Shown here one piece after another: positions 39,002 through 48,907 of a stretch of DNA of 64,000 nucleotides (position 1 is its first letter; each line of letters opens with the position of its first letter). Below the pieces are notes generated by a model. The model did not search any database and was not told the origin of the DNA. It saw only the letters and a program-made list of their open reading frames with translations. The translations under genes were made by a program, and so were the position numbers. Source of the stretch: Candidatus Latescibacterota bacterium (GTDB lineage: Bacteria > Latescibacterota > CBDEFO01); NCBI GenBank assembly GCA_965248755.1, contig OZ252149.1, positions 3,520,001 to 3,584,000 on the forward strand, given 5' to 3'.

Positions 39002-40078
39002 ATGGAGGCTGAAAAGACAAAAGATAGTGTGCCGGATGGGGATGGGCTGGTAGAGGTCATAGAGAATATCAGACAGGAGGCGATCAAGGAACTTGAATCG
39101 TGCTCTGATCCAAACGAATTGGAGCAGATCAGGATCAAGTATCTGGGAAGGAAAAGCGGGCAACTAACCAGGATGTCAAGAGGAATAGGCTCACTGTCTC
39201 CCCAGCTTCGCAAAGATGTGGGCAAAGCCGCCGGACTGGCTCAAAATGAGATAACCCGCAGGATAGATGCGATAATTGCCAAGATAGAGAAGGGGGCCAA
39301 GGAATTCCAGGAGGCTGTGGATATAACCCTTCCCGGAAGAAGAAAAACGCTCGGAAAGAGGCATCCTCTGACAGTGGTCACAGACCGGATTGTTCAGATA
39401 TTTACGAGTATGGGCTTTTCGGTTGCAGATGGACCCGAGGTGGAGACCGAGTACTACAACTTCGACGCTTTGAACACACCCCCGGATCACCCCGCACGGG
39501 ATACCAGAGATACGTTCTACATCTTGTCCCCGATTGAATCTACGGGGGATCTTCTGCTTCGAACCGAGACCTCGCCGGTGCAGATACGGGTGATGGAAAA
39601 GACATCTCCCCCCGTTCGAATAATCTCCCCTGGAAGGGTCTATCGGAAGGATACGTCAGACGCCACGCACCATTTCATCTTCCATCAGGTGGAAGGTCTA
39701 TACGTGGACAACGATGTGACGTTTGGAGACCTCAAGGGCGTCATATCGGTCTTTGCAAGGAAGATACTCGGCGAAGATGTGAAGGTAAGATTCCGCCCGC
39801 ACTTCTTTCCGTTCACAGAGCCGAGCGCAGAATATGACTTTTCGTGTGTCCTATGCGATTTGAAGGGATGCAGTGTCTGCAAAGGCACCGGCTGGATTGA
39901 GATTGCAGGATGCGGGATGGTGGATCCTGAGGTGTTCAGAGCCGTAGGCTACGACCCCGAGGTATGGACGGGCTACGCATTCGGGATGGGAATCGAAAGG
40001 GTAGCTATGGTCAAGTATGGCATTGACGACATAAGACTCTTTTTGGAAAGTGACTTGCGCTTTATCTCTCAATTCTAA
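39002..40078 (+). CDS. pheS: Phenylalanine--tRNA ligase alpha subunit
   Basis: NFDALNTPPDHPARD, LLRTETSPVQ, PGRVYR, FHQVEG, FPFTEPS, GYAFGMGIER. Confidence 0.97.
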   Translation: MEAEKTKDSVPDGDGLVEVIENIRQEAIKELESCSDPNELEQIRIKYLGRKSGQLTRMSRGIGSLSPQLRKDVGKAAGLAQNEITRRIDAIIAKIEKGAKEFQEAVDITLPGRRKTLGKRHPLTVVTDRIVQIFTSMGFSVADGPEVETEYYNFDALNTPPDHPARDTRDTFYILSPIESTGDLLLRTETSPVQIRVMEKTSPPVRIISPGRVYRKDTSDATHHFIFHQVEGLYVDNDVTFGDLKGVISVFARKILGEDVKVRFRPHFFPFTEPSAEYDFSCVLCDLKGCSVCKGTGWIEIAGCGMVDPEVFRAVGYDPEVWTGYAFGMGIERVAMVKYGIDDIRLFLESDLRFISQF

Positions 40079-40217
40079 GTTGCGCCTATGAGTCTGCCTA
40101 CGAGTCTGGCACCCTGTAGTCAGTCAAGGCAAAAGCAAGTAACGTCATGGCGACCTCCGATCTAATCGGGGGCAGCGAAGCAATCTCCGCTAGATTCATT
40201 CGGGGACGATTCTGTCT

Positions 40218-42617
40218 ATGAAAGTTTCTTACAACTGGCTCAAAGACTACATTGACTTGGAAATGACTCCCGACCAGTTGGGAGAGTGTCTGATGATGTT
40301 GGGGCTCGATCTGGAATCGACAGAGACGTTGGGAGATGAATTTGAGGATGTAGTGGTGGGAGAGGTGATCTCGAAGGTGGGTCATCCGAATGCGGACAGA
40401 CTCTGGGTCGTGGGAGTTGATGTCAGGGACGAAAAGTTGGACATTGTGTGTGGAGCGCCGAACGTGGATGTTGGGCAGAAGGTTCCGGTGGCCACAGTCG
40501 GCGCAAAGCTCCCATCCGGAACCTCTGTGGATAGACGTCCGATCAGAGGGGTCGAGTCCGTGGGGATGATATGCTCTGAGGTGGAATTAGGATTAGGCGA
40601 GGACGCCGAGGGGATCATGGTGCTGTCCGATGACGCCCAAATCGGAGAAAAGCTCGCAGATGTCCTCAATTTAAGGGACGTCGTGCTCGACTTTGAGGTG
40701 ACCCCTAACAGACCGGACTTGATGGGCATAATCGGAGTGGCAAGGGAGGTAGGAGCGGCTACAGGCAAGAGTCTCAGGATGCCCTGTGTGAAGGTCAACC
40801 AAGGGGAGGAGAAAACTGAGGATATAGTCTCGGTGGAGATCTCCGATGTGGAAGGCTGTCCGCGATACGCAGCAAGGGTGATAAGGGGCGTAAAGGTCGA
40901 AAGTTCGCCCCTGTGGATGAGGCGGAGGCTTGAAGCTGTGGGGATAAGGCCCATAAACAGCGTAGTGGATGCGACTAACTATTGCCTGATGGAGATGGGA
41001 CATCCCCTGCACGCCTTCGACCTGGACATTCTCTCGGAGAACAAGATCGTGGTCAAAAGGGCACAAAAAGGGGAGATCTTCACGACATTAGACGGCGTCG
41101 AGCGAAAGCTGGACGACGATGTCCTGGTAATAGCTGACGGGGAAAAGACCGTGGCACTGGCCGGGATTATGGGAGGTCTTAACTCTGAGGTGACCGATAC
41201 GACCCAGGATATTCTCCTGGAGAGTGCTTACTTTTCGCCGAAGGTCGTGAGGGCTTCTGCAAGGAAAGTGGAACTTTCGACGGAGGCGTCGCAGAGGTTC
41301 GAAAGGGGTGCAGATTTCGAAGTACCCGTAAGGGCTATAGACAGGGCAGCTCAACTGATAGCAGAGGTTACAGGTGGCAGGGCAACAAAGGGCGTCATAG
41401 ATATATATCCCAGACCGATCAAAAGGCGTTCTGTACCCTTGCGCACAGGTAGGGCCAACGACATTCTGGGGACCTCCATAGATGGAGACAGGATGAAAGA
41501 GATCCTGGACTCGGTGGGATGCAAGACGAAGCTGGAAGACGGAAAAATAGAGGCTACTGTCTCGAGTTTCAGACCTGACATAACAAGGGAAATAGACCTT
41601 ATCGAGGAGGTAGCCAGAGTCTACGGCTATAATGAGATAGCCGAAAGGGAAGTAGGCGGAGGTAAGTTAGGTGTGGAGGAGAGCGATTCGGAGCGGCTGA
41701 CTGAAAAAAGCAGGGACGTCCTCTGCGGACTCGGATTGACGGAGGTCGTGACTGTTAATCTGTGCAACCCTAATCTCCTCAAAGCAATAGAGCCAGAAGT
41801 TGAACCTGTCCTTTTGTCCAACCCCTCAAGCCTCGATGCCTCGGCGTTGAGGACGACGCTCCTTGTAAGCCTTCTGGACGTTGCAAAGAGGAACATGAAC
41901 TATAAGATGGAGGCGATCAGGATATTCGAGATCGGAAGGACATTCAGCCCTTCTTCCGATAGGGCAAAAATAGAGGAAAGGAAGCAAATAGCTGGCCTCT
42001 TTACGGGTAATTGGGTCTCTCCATCCTGGACAGAAGGGGCAAGATCTGTCGATTTTTTCGACCTCAGAGGCACAGTGGAAGCCTATGTAGAAGCGATATG
42101 TGGATCGAAGTTAGAGTTTAGGTTTAGGTTTGGAGCAGAGGAATCACCTACTTATCAGAAGGGACTTTCGGCATGCGTGCTGATAGACAAAGAGCCTCTC
42201 GGAAGCATGGGCAAGTTGAGTTCTGATGTAACCGCCCTGTTCGATATCGATAGAGATGTCTTTGCGTTCTGTTTGGACTTTGAATCGCTTTCCGGGCGGA
42301 TGAAGAGGGATACCGAGTTCAGTCCACTTATGAGATACCCGGCAGCAGAAAGGGATCTTGCCTTTGTAATAGGGGAGGATGTCCCCACAGGAGACGCCCT
42401 TTCTACGATTCGTGACGTGGACAAAGAATTGGTAGAATCGGTAAACCTGTTCGACCTTTACAGGGGGGATCAGATATCAGAGGGCAAAAAGAGCCTTGCG
42501 GTTGCCCTGAAGTTCCGCTCAAAGGAAGCTACACTATCAGAAAGCCAAGCCGATGCTCTATTTCATAGGATAACTCAAAGGCTTAAAGAGGATTTTGGAG
42601 CCGAACTCCGCTCATAA
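40218..42617 (+). CDS. pheT: Phenylalanine--tRNA ligase beta subunit
   Basis: MKVSYNWLKDY, HPNADRL, VCGAPNV, VTPNRPD, EASQRFERG, DLIEEVAR, C-terminal FDX-ACB. Confidence 0.97.
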   Translation: MKVSYNWLKDYIDLEMTPDQLGECLMMLGLDLESTETLGDEFEDVVVGEVISKVGHPNADRLWVVGVDVRDEKLDIVCGAPNVDVGQKVPVATVGAKLPSGTSVDRRPIRGVESVGMICSEVELGLGEDAEGIMVLSDDAQIGEKLADVLNLRDVVLDFEVTPNRPDLMGIIGVAREVGAATGKSLRMPCVKVNQGEEKTEDIVSVEISDVEGCPRYAARVIRGVKVESSPLWMRRRLEAVGIRPINSVVDATNYCLMEMGHPLHAFDLDILSENKIVVKRAQKGEIFTTLDGVERKLDDDVLVIADGEKTVALAGIMGGLNSEVTDTTQDILLESAYFSPKVVRASARKVELSTEASQRFERGADFEVPVRAIDRAAQLIAEVTGGRATKGVIDIYPRPIKRRSVPLRTGRANDILGTSIDGDRMKEILDSVGCKTKLEDGKIEATVSSFRPDITREIDLIEEVARVYGYNEIAEREVGGGKLGVEESDSERLTEKSRDVLCGLGLTEVVTVNLCNPNLLKAIEPEVEPVLLSNPSSLDASALRTTLLVSLLDVAKRNMNYKMEAIRIFEIGRTFSPSSDRAKIEERKQIAGLFTGNWVSPSWTEGARSVDFFDLRGTVEAYVEAICGSKLEFRFRFGAEESPTYQKGLSACVLIDKEPLGSMGKLSSDVTALFDIDRDVFAFCLDFESLSGRMKRDTEFSPLMRYPAAERDLAFVIGEDVPTGDALSTIRDVDKELVESVNLFDLYRGDQISEGKKSLAVALKFRSKEATLSESQADALFHRITQRLKEDFGAELRS

Positions 42618-42773
42618 GAAGTAGACAGTGGACAGTAGAGAGGGCACCCCTCCCCCCAACCGTTATTGCGAGGCGGTGTGGCCGCTTTGCTGGGGTGGTA
42701 GCAAGCCACGAAGTGGGTGAAGTAATCTCAAAGGCTTTCTAATAATGTTCTAAAGAAAAGTAGACAGGGGAAA

Positions 42774-43079
42774 ATGGAGATCGAAAGTCTCGATCAGTTG
42801 GAATCACAGGTCAAGATGGCTGTGGCACTAATACGGGAGCTCAGGAGGCAAAAAGAGGAGCTCGAAAGGCAGAATATACAGCTTAAAGAGCACCTGGAAA
42901 GACGTTCTTCAGAGCTTGAAGAAGTCGGGCTCTTGAGGGAGCAGAACTCCCAGTTCTTGGAGAAAAAAGAAGAGATCAAGGCCAAGATTGAGGCGATCGT
43001 TTCCAAGGTAGAAGGACGCGGCCTTGAGGATTCTTCTGGAAGTGTGCAAAAATTGAAAGGAAGCGAAATTGCAGGATAA
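42774..43079 (+). CDS. ZapB-like coiled-coil protein
   Basis: All coiled coil (LDQLESQVKMAVALIRELR); lies between pheT and zapA. Confidence 0.7.
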   Translation: MEIESLDQLESQVKMAVALIRELRRQKEELERQNIQLKEHLERRSSELEEVGLLREQNSQFLEKKEEIKAKIEAIVSKVEGRGLEDSSGSVQKLKGSEIAG

Positions 43080-43371
43080 AGAGGCGACAGTAGTAAAAAT
43101 ATTCGGAACTGATTATCCTATCCAAGTGAAGGCAGACCCGGAATACGTAAAGTCGGTGGCCCGCTACGTTGACAATAAGATGAGGCAAGCGGCAAAGGAT
43201 ATTCCGGTGCACTCCGCAATGAAGGCGGCTATAGTTGCAGCCTTAAACCTGGCAGATGAACTGTTCAAAGAAAGAGGAGAGGGAGAATCTGTACTATTGG
43301 ATTTAGATGACAGGGTCAAGAAACTTTCCCATCTTTTGGAGGGAGAGTTGACGCAGATTAGTAGACAGTAA
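43069..43371 (+). CDS. zapA: Cell division protein ZapA
   Basis: VKIFGTDYPI, VARYVDNKM, AALNLADE. Confidence 0.92.
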   Translation: MQDKEATVVKIFGTDYPIQVKADPEYVKSVARYVDNKMRQAAKDIPVHSAMKAAIVAALNLADELFKERGEGESVLLDLDDRVKKLSHLLEGELTQISRQ

Positions 43372-43677
43372 TAGACAGACGATAGGCCCCAATTGTCCCC
43401 GATTGCTTCTACCCCCGATTGAATCTATCGGGGGGGATCTGGGGTCGGGGGTAGACAAGCGCCTCCTCCCATCCCTTCAGATTGGTTCTGGTTCCGCCTC
43501 TCGTCTCCTTCGGGGTCGCAACGCCAGACGGCGTCAGGCTTTGCCTCTCTCAATGGCACTCAAGGCAAAAGCAAGCAATACCAAAGGCCATCGCAACTTC
43601 GTTGTGAGGCGGTGTGGCCCCTTTCCTGGGCTGGAAGCTAGCCACGAAGTGGGCCAAGCAGTCTCCCGTAGAGTGTC

Positions 43678-43882
43678 TCTTCCTGTAATTTGTCCACACA
43701 CCTCGGCTCTTTAGATGGAACGCCTCCAAAGAATTCCACCAACATAATATATGGGTTCTAGAATCCCCGCCGCGTGTCTAAGGATCAGGAGGCTCCTTTT
43801 GAAAGTCAAAACACGGTTTAGCCACTGTTCCCCAAAGATTCCTTCGATGCTTCTGGGGAGAGTATAACGCGGTACAGGGGAA
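43678..43882 (+). ncRNA. ssrS: 6S RNA candidate
   Basis: About 200-nt region between zapA and rny, a usual ssrS position; ends pair (TCTTCCTGTA / TACAGGGGAA) and are followed by a T-run. Confidence 0.55.
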
Positions 43883-43912
43883 TTTTTGTTTATAGACAGA
43901 GAGGAAATAAAG

Positions 43913-45484
43913 ATGGATATACTTCAATTGATCATGCCGGCAGCGGGTATTGTCATAGTTCTTATAGCCTCTTTCGGTTTGGGGTGGCTGGCTAATAGCA
44001 GAGCAGGACAGGGCAAGATCGCAAGTGCAGATGCCCAGGCAGAGAAGATTATCGAAGATGCCCGAGAAGAGGCGGAATCCCTCAAGAAGACCGCCCTTCT
44101 GGAGGCAAAGGATGAGTGGTACAAGGCAAAACTCGATTTTGACAGAAATACTGACGAAAAGAGAAATGAACTCCGTAAACTTGAGATGCAATTTGTGGAT
44201 CGGGAAAGGAAGATGGACAAAAAGGTGGATATATTGAACAACAAAGAGAAGAATCTTCAAATCAGAGAGCAACAGTTATCGTCCAGAGAAAGGAGCATAA
44301 AGGTCAAGGATGAGCAGCTAATACAGATTATCTCAGAGCAAAACCAAAGGCTCGAAAAGATATCCCGTATGACGCAGGATGAGGCACAGAGGATCTTGAT
44401 GGCTAATCTGGAGGACAAGGTCAAACGGGAGGGAGCGCGCCGGGCCAAAGAAATCAAAGATGAAGCCATATCGAACGCCGAAAGGGAGGCAAGGGAGATC
44501 CTGGTGATGGCTATCCAAAGGTGCGCAGCAGATCATTCTGTAGAATCCACCGTATCAATCGTCTCTCTCCCCTCGGATGAGATGAAGGGGAGGATCATAG
44601 GTAGGGAAGGCAGAAACATCAGGGTCTTTGAGATACGCACAGGAGTAGATGTCATAGTGGACGACACCCCCGAGGCTGTTATCCTTTCGTCCTTTGATCC
44701 CATAAGGAGAGAAATTGCTAGGATATCCCTGGAAAGATTGATCCTGGATGGTAGGATTCATCCGGGGAGGATCGAAGAGGTCGTCGAAAAAGTGGAGGCA
44801 GAGATAGACGACAAGATAAAGGAGGCCGGGGAACAGGCGGCCTTCGAGGTGGGAGTGCACGGACTGCACGACAAGCTAATTGTGTTCTTGGGAAAGCTTA
44901 AATATCGCACAAGCTTCGGACAGAACGTCCTTCAGCACAGCAAGGAAGTGGCGTTACTTGCCGGGATGATGGCCGCAGAGTTAGGCCTGGACCAACAGTT
45001 AGCCAAAAGGTCAGGGCTTCTGCATGATATAGGGAAGGCAGTAGACCACGAGGTTGAGGGAACACACGTGGAAATAGGCGTAGAGTTAGCAAAAAGGCAC
45101 AGGGAACATGAGGTAGTAGTCAACGCAATAGAGGCGCATCACGAAGGTGTCCCGATCATATCCCCGATCACAGCGATAGTCGATGCGGCGAATGACATCT
45201 CCAGCGCAAGGCCGGGGGCACGGAGAGATACTCTGGAAGGCTACGTAAAGAGACTGGATCACTTGGAGGAGTTAGCAGAATCGTTTGACGGCGTGGAAAA
45301 GACATATGCAATACAGGCGGGACGAGAGGTAAGGGTAATAACCGACTGCAAACTCTTAGATGATGCCCAGGCGGATCAGTTAGCCTCTGATATAGCCGAT
45401 AAGATAGAATCGCAGCTGGAGTATCCAGATCAGATCAAAGTTACAGTCATAAGAGAAATCAGGGCTGTGGATTATGCCCGCTAA
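43913..45484 (+). CDS. rny: Ribonuclease Y
   Basis: N-terminal TM, coiled coil, KH (MKGRIIGREGRNIR), HD (LLHDIGK), YAIQAGRE. Confidence 0.96.
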   Translation: MDILQLIMPAAGIVIVLIASFGLGWLANSRAGQGKIASADAQAEKIIEDAREEAESLKKTALLEAKDEWYKAKLDFDRNTDEKRNELRKLEMQFVDRERKMDKKVDILNNKEKNLQIREQQLSSRERSIKVKDEQLIQIISEQNQRLEKISRMTQDEAQRILMANLEDKVKREGARRAKEIKDEAISNAEREAREILVMAIQRCAADHSVESTVSIVSLPSDEMKGRIIGREGRNIRVFEIRTGVDVIVDDTPEAVILSSFDPIRREIARISLERLILDGRIHPGRIEEVVEKVEAEIDDKIKEAGEQAAFEVGVHGLHDKLIVFLGKLKYRTSFGQNVLQHSKEVALLAGMMAAELGLDQQLAKRSGLLHDIGKAVDHEVEGTHVEIGVELAKRHREHEVVVNAIEAHHEGVPIISPITAIVDAANDISSARPGARRDTLEGYVKRLDHLEELAESFDGVEKTYAIQAGREVRVITDCKLLDDAQADQLASDIADKIESQLEYPDQIKVTVIREIRAVDYAR

Positions 45485-45672
45485 TTATGCTCGCAAATTA
45501 GATGACTGAAGGCAGGCAAAAGCAGTAAACAGCATACAGGACAGCCCCACCTCTCCCCAACTACTGTCTACGAGATTGTTTCCCCCCGACCCCTGATTGA
45601 ATCTATCAGGGGCTCAATCGGGGACAAGGGAGGGGAGGTGGTACCCCTGTGTACTTTTTTTGGAGCATTCTT

Positions 45673-46464
45673 TTGAGGATACTTTTCATTGGGGATATTT
45701 ACGCAAGGCCCGGGAGAAGGGCGGTGTCGGAGCTCCTCCCGAAGATTAGGGAGAATAAGGAGATCGACTTTTGCATAGCCAACGGAGAGAACACAGCGGG
45801 AGGATTCGGGATTACGGAGAATATCGCAAGAAAACTCTATTCGTACGGCGTGGACGTGATCACGAGCGGAAATCACGTCTGGCACAGGAAGGAGTCCCGA
45901 GAATACATACAAAACGCTGTCTGTCTCCTGCGCCCCGCTAACTATCCGCCTGAGGCAGGAGGTGTGGGCTATGGAGTATTCGAATCTGCAGGTGGAATCC
46001 CGGTAGGGGTGCTCAACCTCCAAGGCAGGACATTTATGACGCACATCGATTGTCCATTTCGACTCGGAAGACAAAAGATCGAACAGTTAAAGGAATCGGC
46101 TCTGGTAATAATAGTCGATTTTCACGGAGAGGCTACATCCGAAAAGATCGCCTTTGGATGGTACACAGACGGCCATGCCAGCGCTGTGGTCGGCACTCAC
46201 ACGCACGTCCAGACCGCCGATGAGAGGATACTCCCCGGTGGGACAGCTTATATAACAGACGTGGGTATGACCGGTCCCCACGACTCTGTGATCGGAGCGC
46301 AGAAGGATATAGCAATAAGGAGATTCCTGACCGGTCTGCCGGAAAGGTTCGAACCCGCAGAGGCGGACATTAAGTTCTGCGCTGTGCTTTTGGACATAGA
46401 CGAAAGCACGGGCAAAGCTGAGAGCATCGAAAGGATAAGGCTGGATGTTGAACTGGTCGAATGA
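45673..46464 (+). CDS. ymdB: YmdB / TIGR00282 metallophosphoesterase
   Basis: ILFIGD, NGEN..GG, TSGNH, RPANYP, DFHGEATSEK, GTHTHVQTAD. Confidence 0.92.
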   Translation: MRILFIGDIYARPGRRAVSELLPKIRENKEIDFCIANGENTAGGFGITENIARKLYSYGVDVITSGNHVWHRKESREYIQNAVCLLRPANYPPEAGGVGYGVFESAGGIPVGVLNLQGRTFMTHIDCPFRLGRQKIEQLKESALVIIVDFHGEATSEKIAFGWYTDGHASAVVGTHTHVQTADERILPGGTAYITDVGMTGPHDSVIGAQKDIAIRRFLTGLPERFEPAEADIKFCAVLLDIDESTGKAESIERIRLDVELVE

Positions 46465-47683
46465 TACTACAGGCGAACCCCCTTACAGCGTATCTGAGGT
46501 GACGATGGCCCTGAAGCTGTTGATTGAGGAGGGTCTCCCACCCTTATGGATAGAGGGCGAGGTGTCGAATTTTACGCGCCATCCGTCCGGCCACAGGTAC
46601 TTCACTCTAAAAGATGAAAAGAGCCAGATAAGGTGTGTGATGTGGAGAGAGGAGGGGCGAGATCTTGCGTTTGCTCCCGATGTGGGGATGAAGGTGCTGG
46701 CATATGGGAAGGTTTCGGTCTACGAGAAGGGTGGACAGTATCAGTTCTACGCTTCAAAGATGCTCCCTTTTGGACCGGGCGAGCTCCAATTGGCGTTTGA
46801 AAGGCTGAAGGAAACATTATCGTCCGAGGGGCTCTTCGACGAGTCGAGGAAAAGGCCGATTCCGCCGTTCCCTGAGACGGTAGGGGTTGTTACATCTCCT
46901 GTGGGTGCTGCAATACGGGATATTGAAAACGTAATAGCCAAGAGATCCCCAGGCGTCCGGATAGTTCTGGCGCCTGTAAGAGTCCAGGGAGATGGAGCTG
47001 CAGATGAGATAGCAAGGGGTATAGCGGATCTGAACGAGTACGGTGACGTCTCAGTCTTAATCGTAGGCAGGGGGGGCGGGAGCGCCGAAGACCTGTGGGC
47101 GTTCAACGAAGAGGTGGTGGCAAGGGCTATATACGCCTCGAAAATTCCGGTGATCTCGGCTGTTGGACACGAAGTGGATATTACCGTAGCCGACCTTGTG
47201 GCGGACGTAAGGGCTTCGACGCCCTCTGCCGCCGCCCAGATGGCCGTTATGGATAGAAACGACATAAAGAGGGAAATACAGGGACTCCTATGGAGGGCAT
47301 CAAAGACCATCCAGGGGAGAATCGAGGACAGAGACGCCGCCCTGAAGAGACTAACTGCAAGCTACGCCCTGCGGCGATTCCCGGAAGAGATGCACCGAAA
47401 GGCTCAAAACGTGGATGAACTTACCGACAGGATCAGACTTTATCTTGAGAATATCATAAGTTCCTGGGAGTCTTCCTACAGACAGATGGCGGGGAAGTTA
47501 GACGCTTTAAGTCCACTTTCGGCTTTGAGCAGGGGATTTTCTATCTGCCAAAAAGTTCCAGAAGGGGTCATAATAACGGACAGTTCAACCCTTTCGGTCG
47601 AAGATAGGGTCAAGATAAGATTCCAAAGGGGCAGCGCAATCTGCTCCGTGCAGGATGTGGAGGACCGTGACAACTATGCCTGA
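46445..47683 (+). CDS. xseA: Exodeoxyribonuclease VII large subunit
   Basis: WIEGEVSNF...SGHRYFTLKD, GRGGGSAEDLWAFNEE, SAVGHE. Confidence 0.95.
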   Translation: MLNWSNDTTGEPPYSVSEVTMALKLLIEEGLPPLWIEGEVSNFTRHPSGHRYFTLKDEKSQIRCVMWREEGRDLAFAPDVGMKVLAYGKVSVYEKGGQYQFYASKMLPFGPGELQLAFERLKETLSSEGLFDESRKRPIPPFPETVGVVTSPVGAAIRDIENVIAKRSPGVRIVLAPVRVQGDGAADEIARGIADLNEYGDVSVLIVGRGGGSAEDLWAFNEEVVARAIYASKIPVISAVGHEVDITVADLVADVRASTPSAAAQMAVMDRNDIKREIQGLLWRASKTIQGRIEDRDAALKRLTASYALRRFPEEMHRKAQNVDELTDRIRLYLENIISSWESSYRQMAGKLDALSPLSALSRGFSICQKVPEGVIITDSSTLSVEDRVKIRFQRGSAICSVQDVEDRDNYA

Positions 47684-47915
47684 AGAAAAGTTTGAGGATA
47701 AGCTGCGACGATTAGAACAGATAGTAGAGAAGTTAGAGGGCGGAGAAATCACCTCAAGCGAAGATATTTCCTTGGAAGATTCCCTAGAGATGTTCGAGGA
47801 GGGAGTCAGGATCTCAAAGGAATGTGCGGCGATCCTGGGCAAGGTGAAAAAGAGGATTCAGAAGTTAACAAAGGACGAAGATGGCGCCTTCAAATTAGAG
47901 GAACTCGATGATTAA
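47676..47915 (+). CDS. xseB: Exodeoxyribonuclease VII small subunit
   Basis: FEDKLRRLEQIVEKLE...LEDSLEMFEEG. Confidence 0.92.
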   Translation: MPEEKFEDKLRRLEQIVEKLEGGEITSSEDISLEDSLEMFEEGVRISKECAAILGKVKKRIQKLTKDEDGAFKLEELDD

Positions 47916-48816
47916 GGAGATAGGCATATTCGGCATCCCATCTGATCTGAGGGAAAGTGTCCGCCCCAGGGTGGAAAGTGTCATAAGGGAATTTATAAGG
48001 ATAGCGGAACAGGAAGGCCTTGAACTTTACGCAGTTGACGACCTGAAAGAAACTGTGGATCGGTTCAAAGCGTCCGCTGTAGAGGGCAGGTTACTGCCCA
48101 AGGACGATCTGGCCGAAAGTGTCGATGTGGTGGTGTCGTTTGGGGGAGATGGAACTATCTTGAAGGCAGCTGAGGCTGTCGGAGATTCAGGTGTGCCGAT
48201 ATTGGGAGTCAATTTAGGGAGATTGGGATTTCTGGCCGGTGTATCTCCCAAGAATCTGGAGGAGGGCGTAAGAGAGCTTAAAGCAGGCAAGTTCACAGTG
48301 GACAGGAGGATGGTGCTCTCGGCCGGGATTGAGGGCGAGGAGAAAAGGTTCTTTGCCCTCAACGACGTGGTGGTGGAGAAAGGATCATGCGCCAGGATCT
48401 TGGAGATCGAAATGTACATAAACGACGAGATGGTGGCGTCTTACATGGGAAATGGAGTGGTGGTATCGAGTCCAACAGGATCGACGGCTTATTCGCTGTC
48501 TGCGGGTGGACCTATAGTGCACCCCGGGATGGAGGCCATCATAGCCTCTCCGATATGTCCTCATTCTCTGTCCCTGAGGAGCATGGTAGTTCCAGAAGAT
48601 GAGGTGATCACTGTCCGGCTTAAGGCACAGAAGGGCGATGATGTGATGCTTACTGTTGACAGCCGCACGGCAGGAGATCTGGAACCTGACAGCAGAGTGG
48701 TTGTAAGTAAGGCTCCCTTTTCGATCAATTTGATGAACTTGAGCGGCCTATCGTTCTACTCTCTTCTGCGAGAGAAATTGGGATGGGGAATAGGCTATAC
48801 AGTAGACAGACAGTAG
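47908..48816 (+). CDS. nadK: NAD(+) kinase
   Basis: GGDGT, GVNLGRLGFL, ALND, SPTGSTAYSLSAGGP. Confidence 0.95.
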   Translation: MIKEIGIFGIPSDLRESVRPRVESVIREFIRIAEQEGLELYAVDDLKETVDRFKASAVEGRLLPKDDLAESVDVVVSFGGDGTILKAAEAVGDSGVPILGVNLGRLGFLAGVSPKNLEEGVRELKAGKFTVDRRMVLSAGIEGEEKRFFALNDVVVEKGSCARILEIEMYINDEMVASYMGNGVVVSSPTGSTAYSLSAGGPIVHPGMEAIIASPICPHSLSLRSMVVPEDEVITVRLKAQKGDDVMLTVDSRTAGDLEPDSRVVVSKAPFSINLMNLSGLSFYSLLREKLGWGIGYTVDRQ

Positions 48817-48907
48817 CCCCCGATAGATTCAATCGGGGGTAGACAGGGACCACCCTCCTCCCTGCCCCATATGCGGTAGATACCATATCAAGAAATGGTA
48901 CTAAAAT

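Noticed and set aside
39521..39553. ATCTT direct repeat as the exact target duplication of the pheS hairpin
   Set aside because: Removing element plus repeat (28 bp) would frameshift pheS, so it cannot be the unmodified insertion signature.
43403..43714. 103-aa ORF between zapA and rny
   Set aside because: Composed of repeat mosaics, with no protein features.
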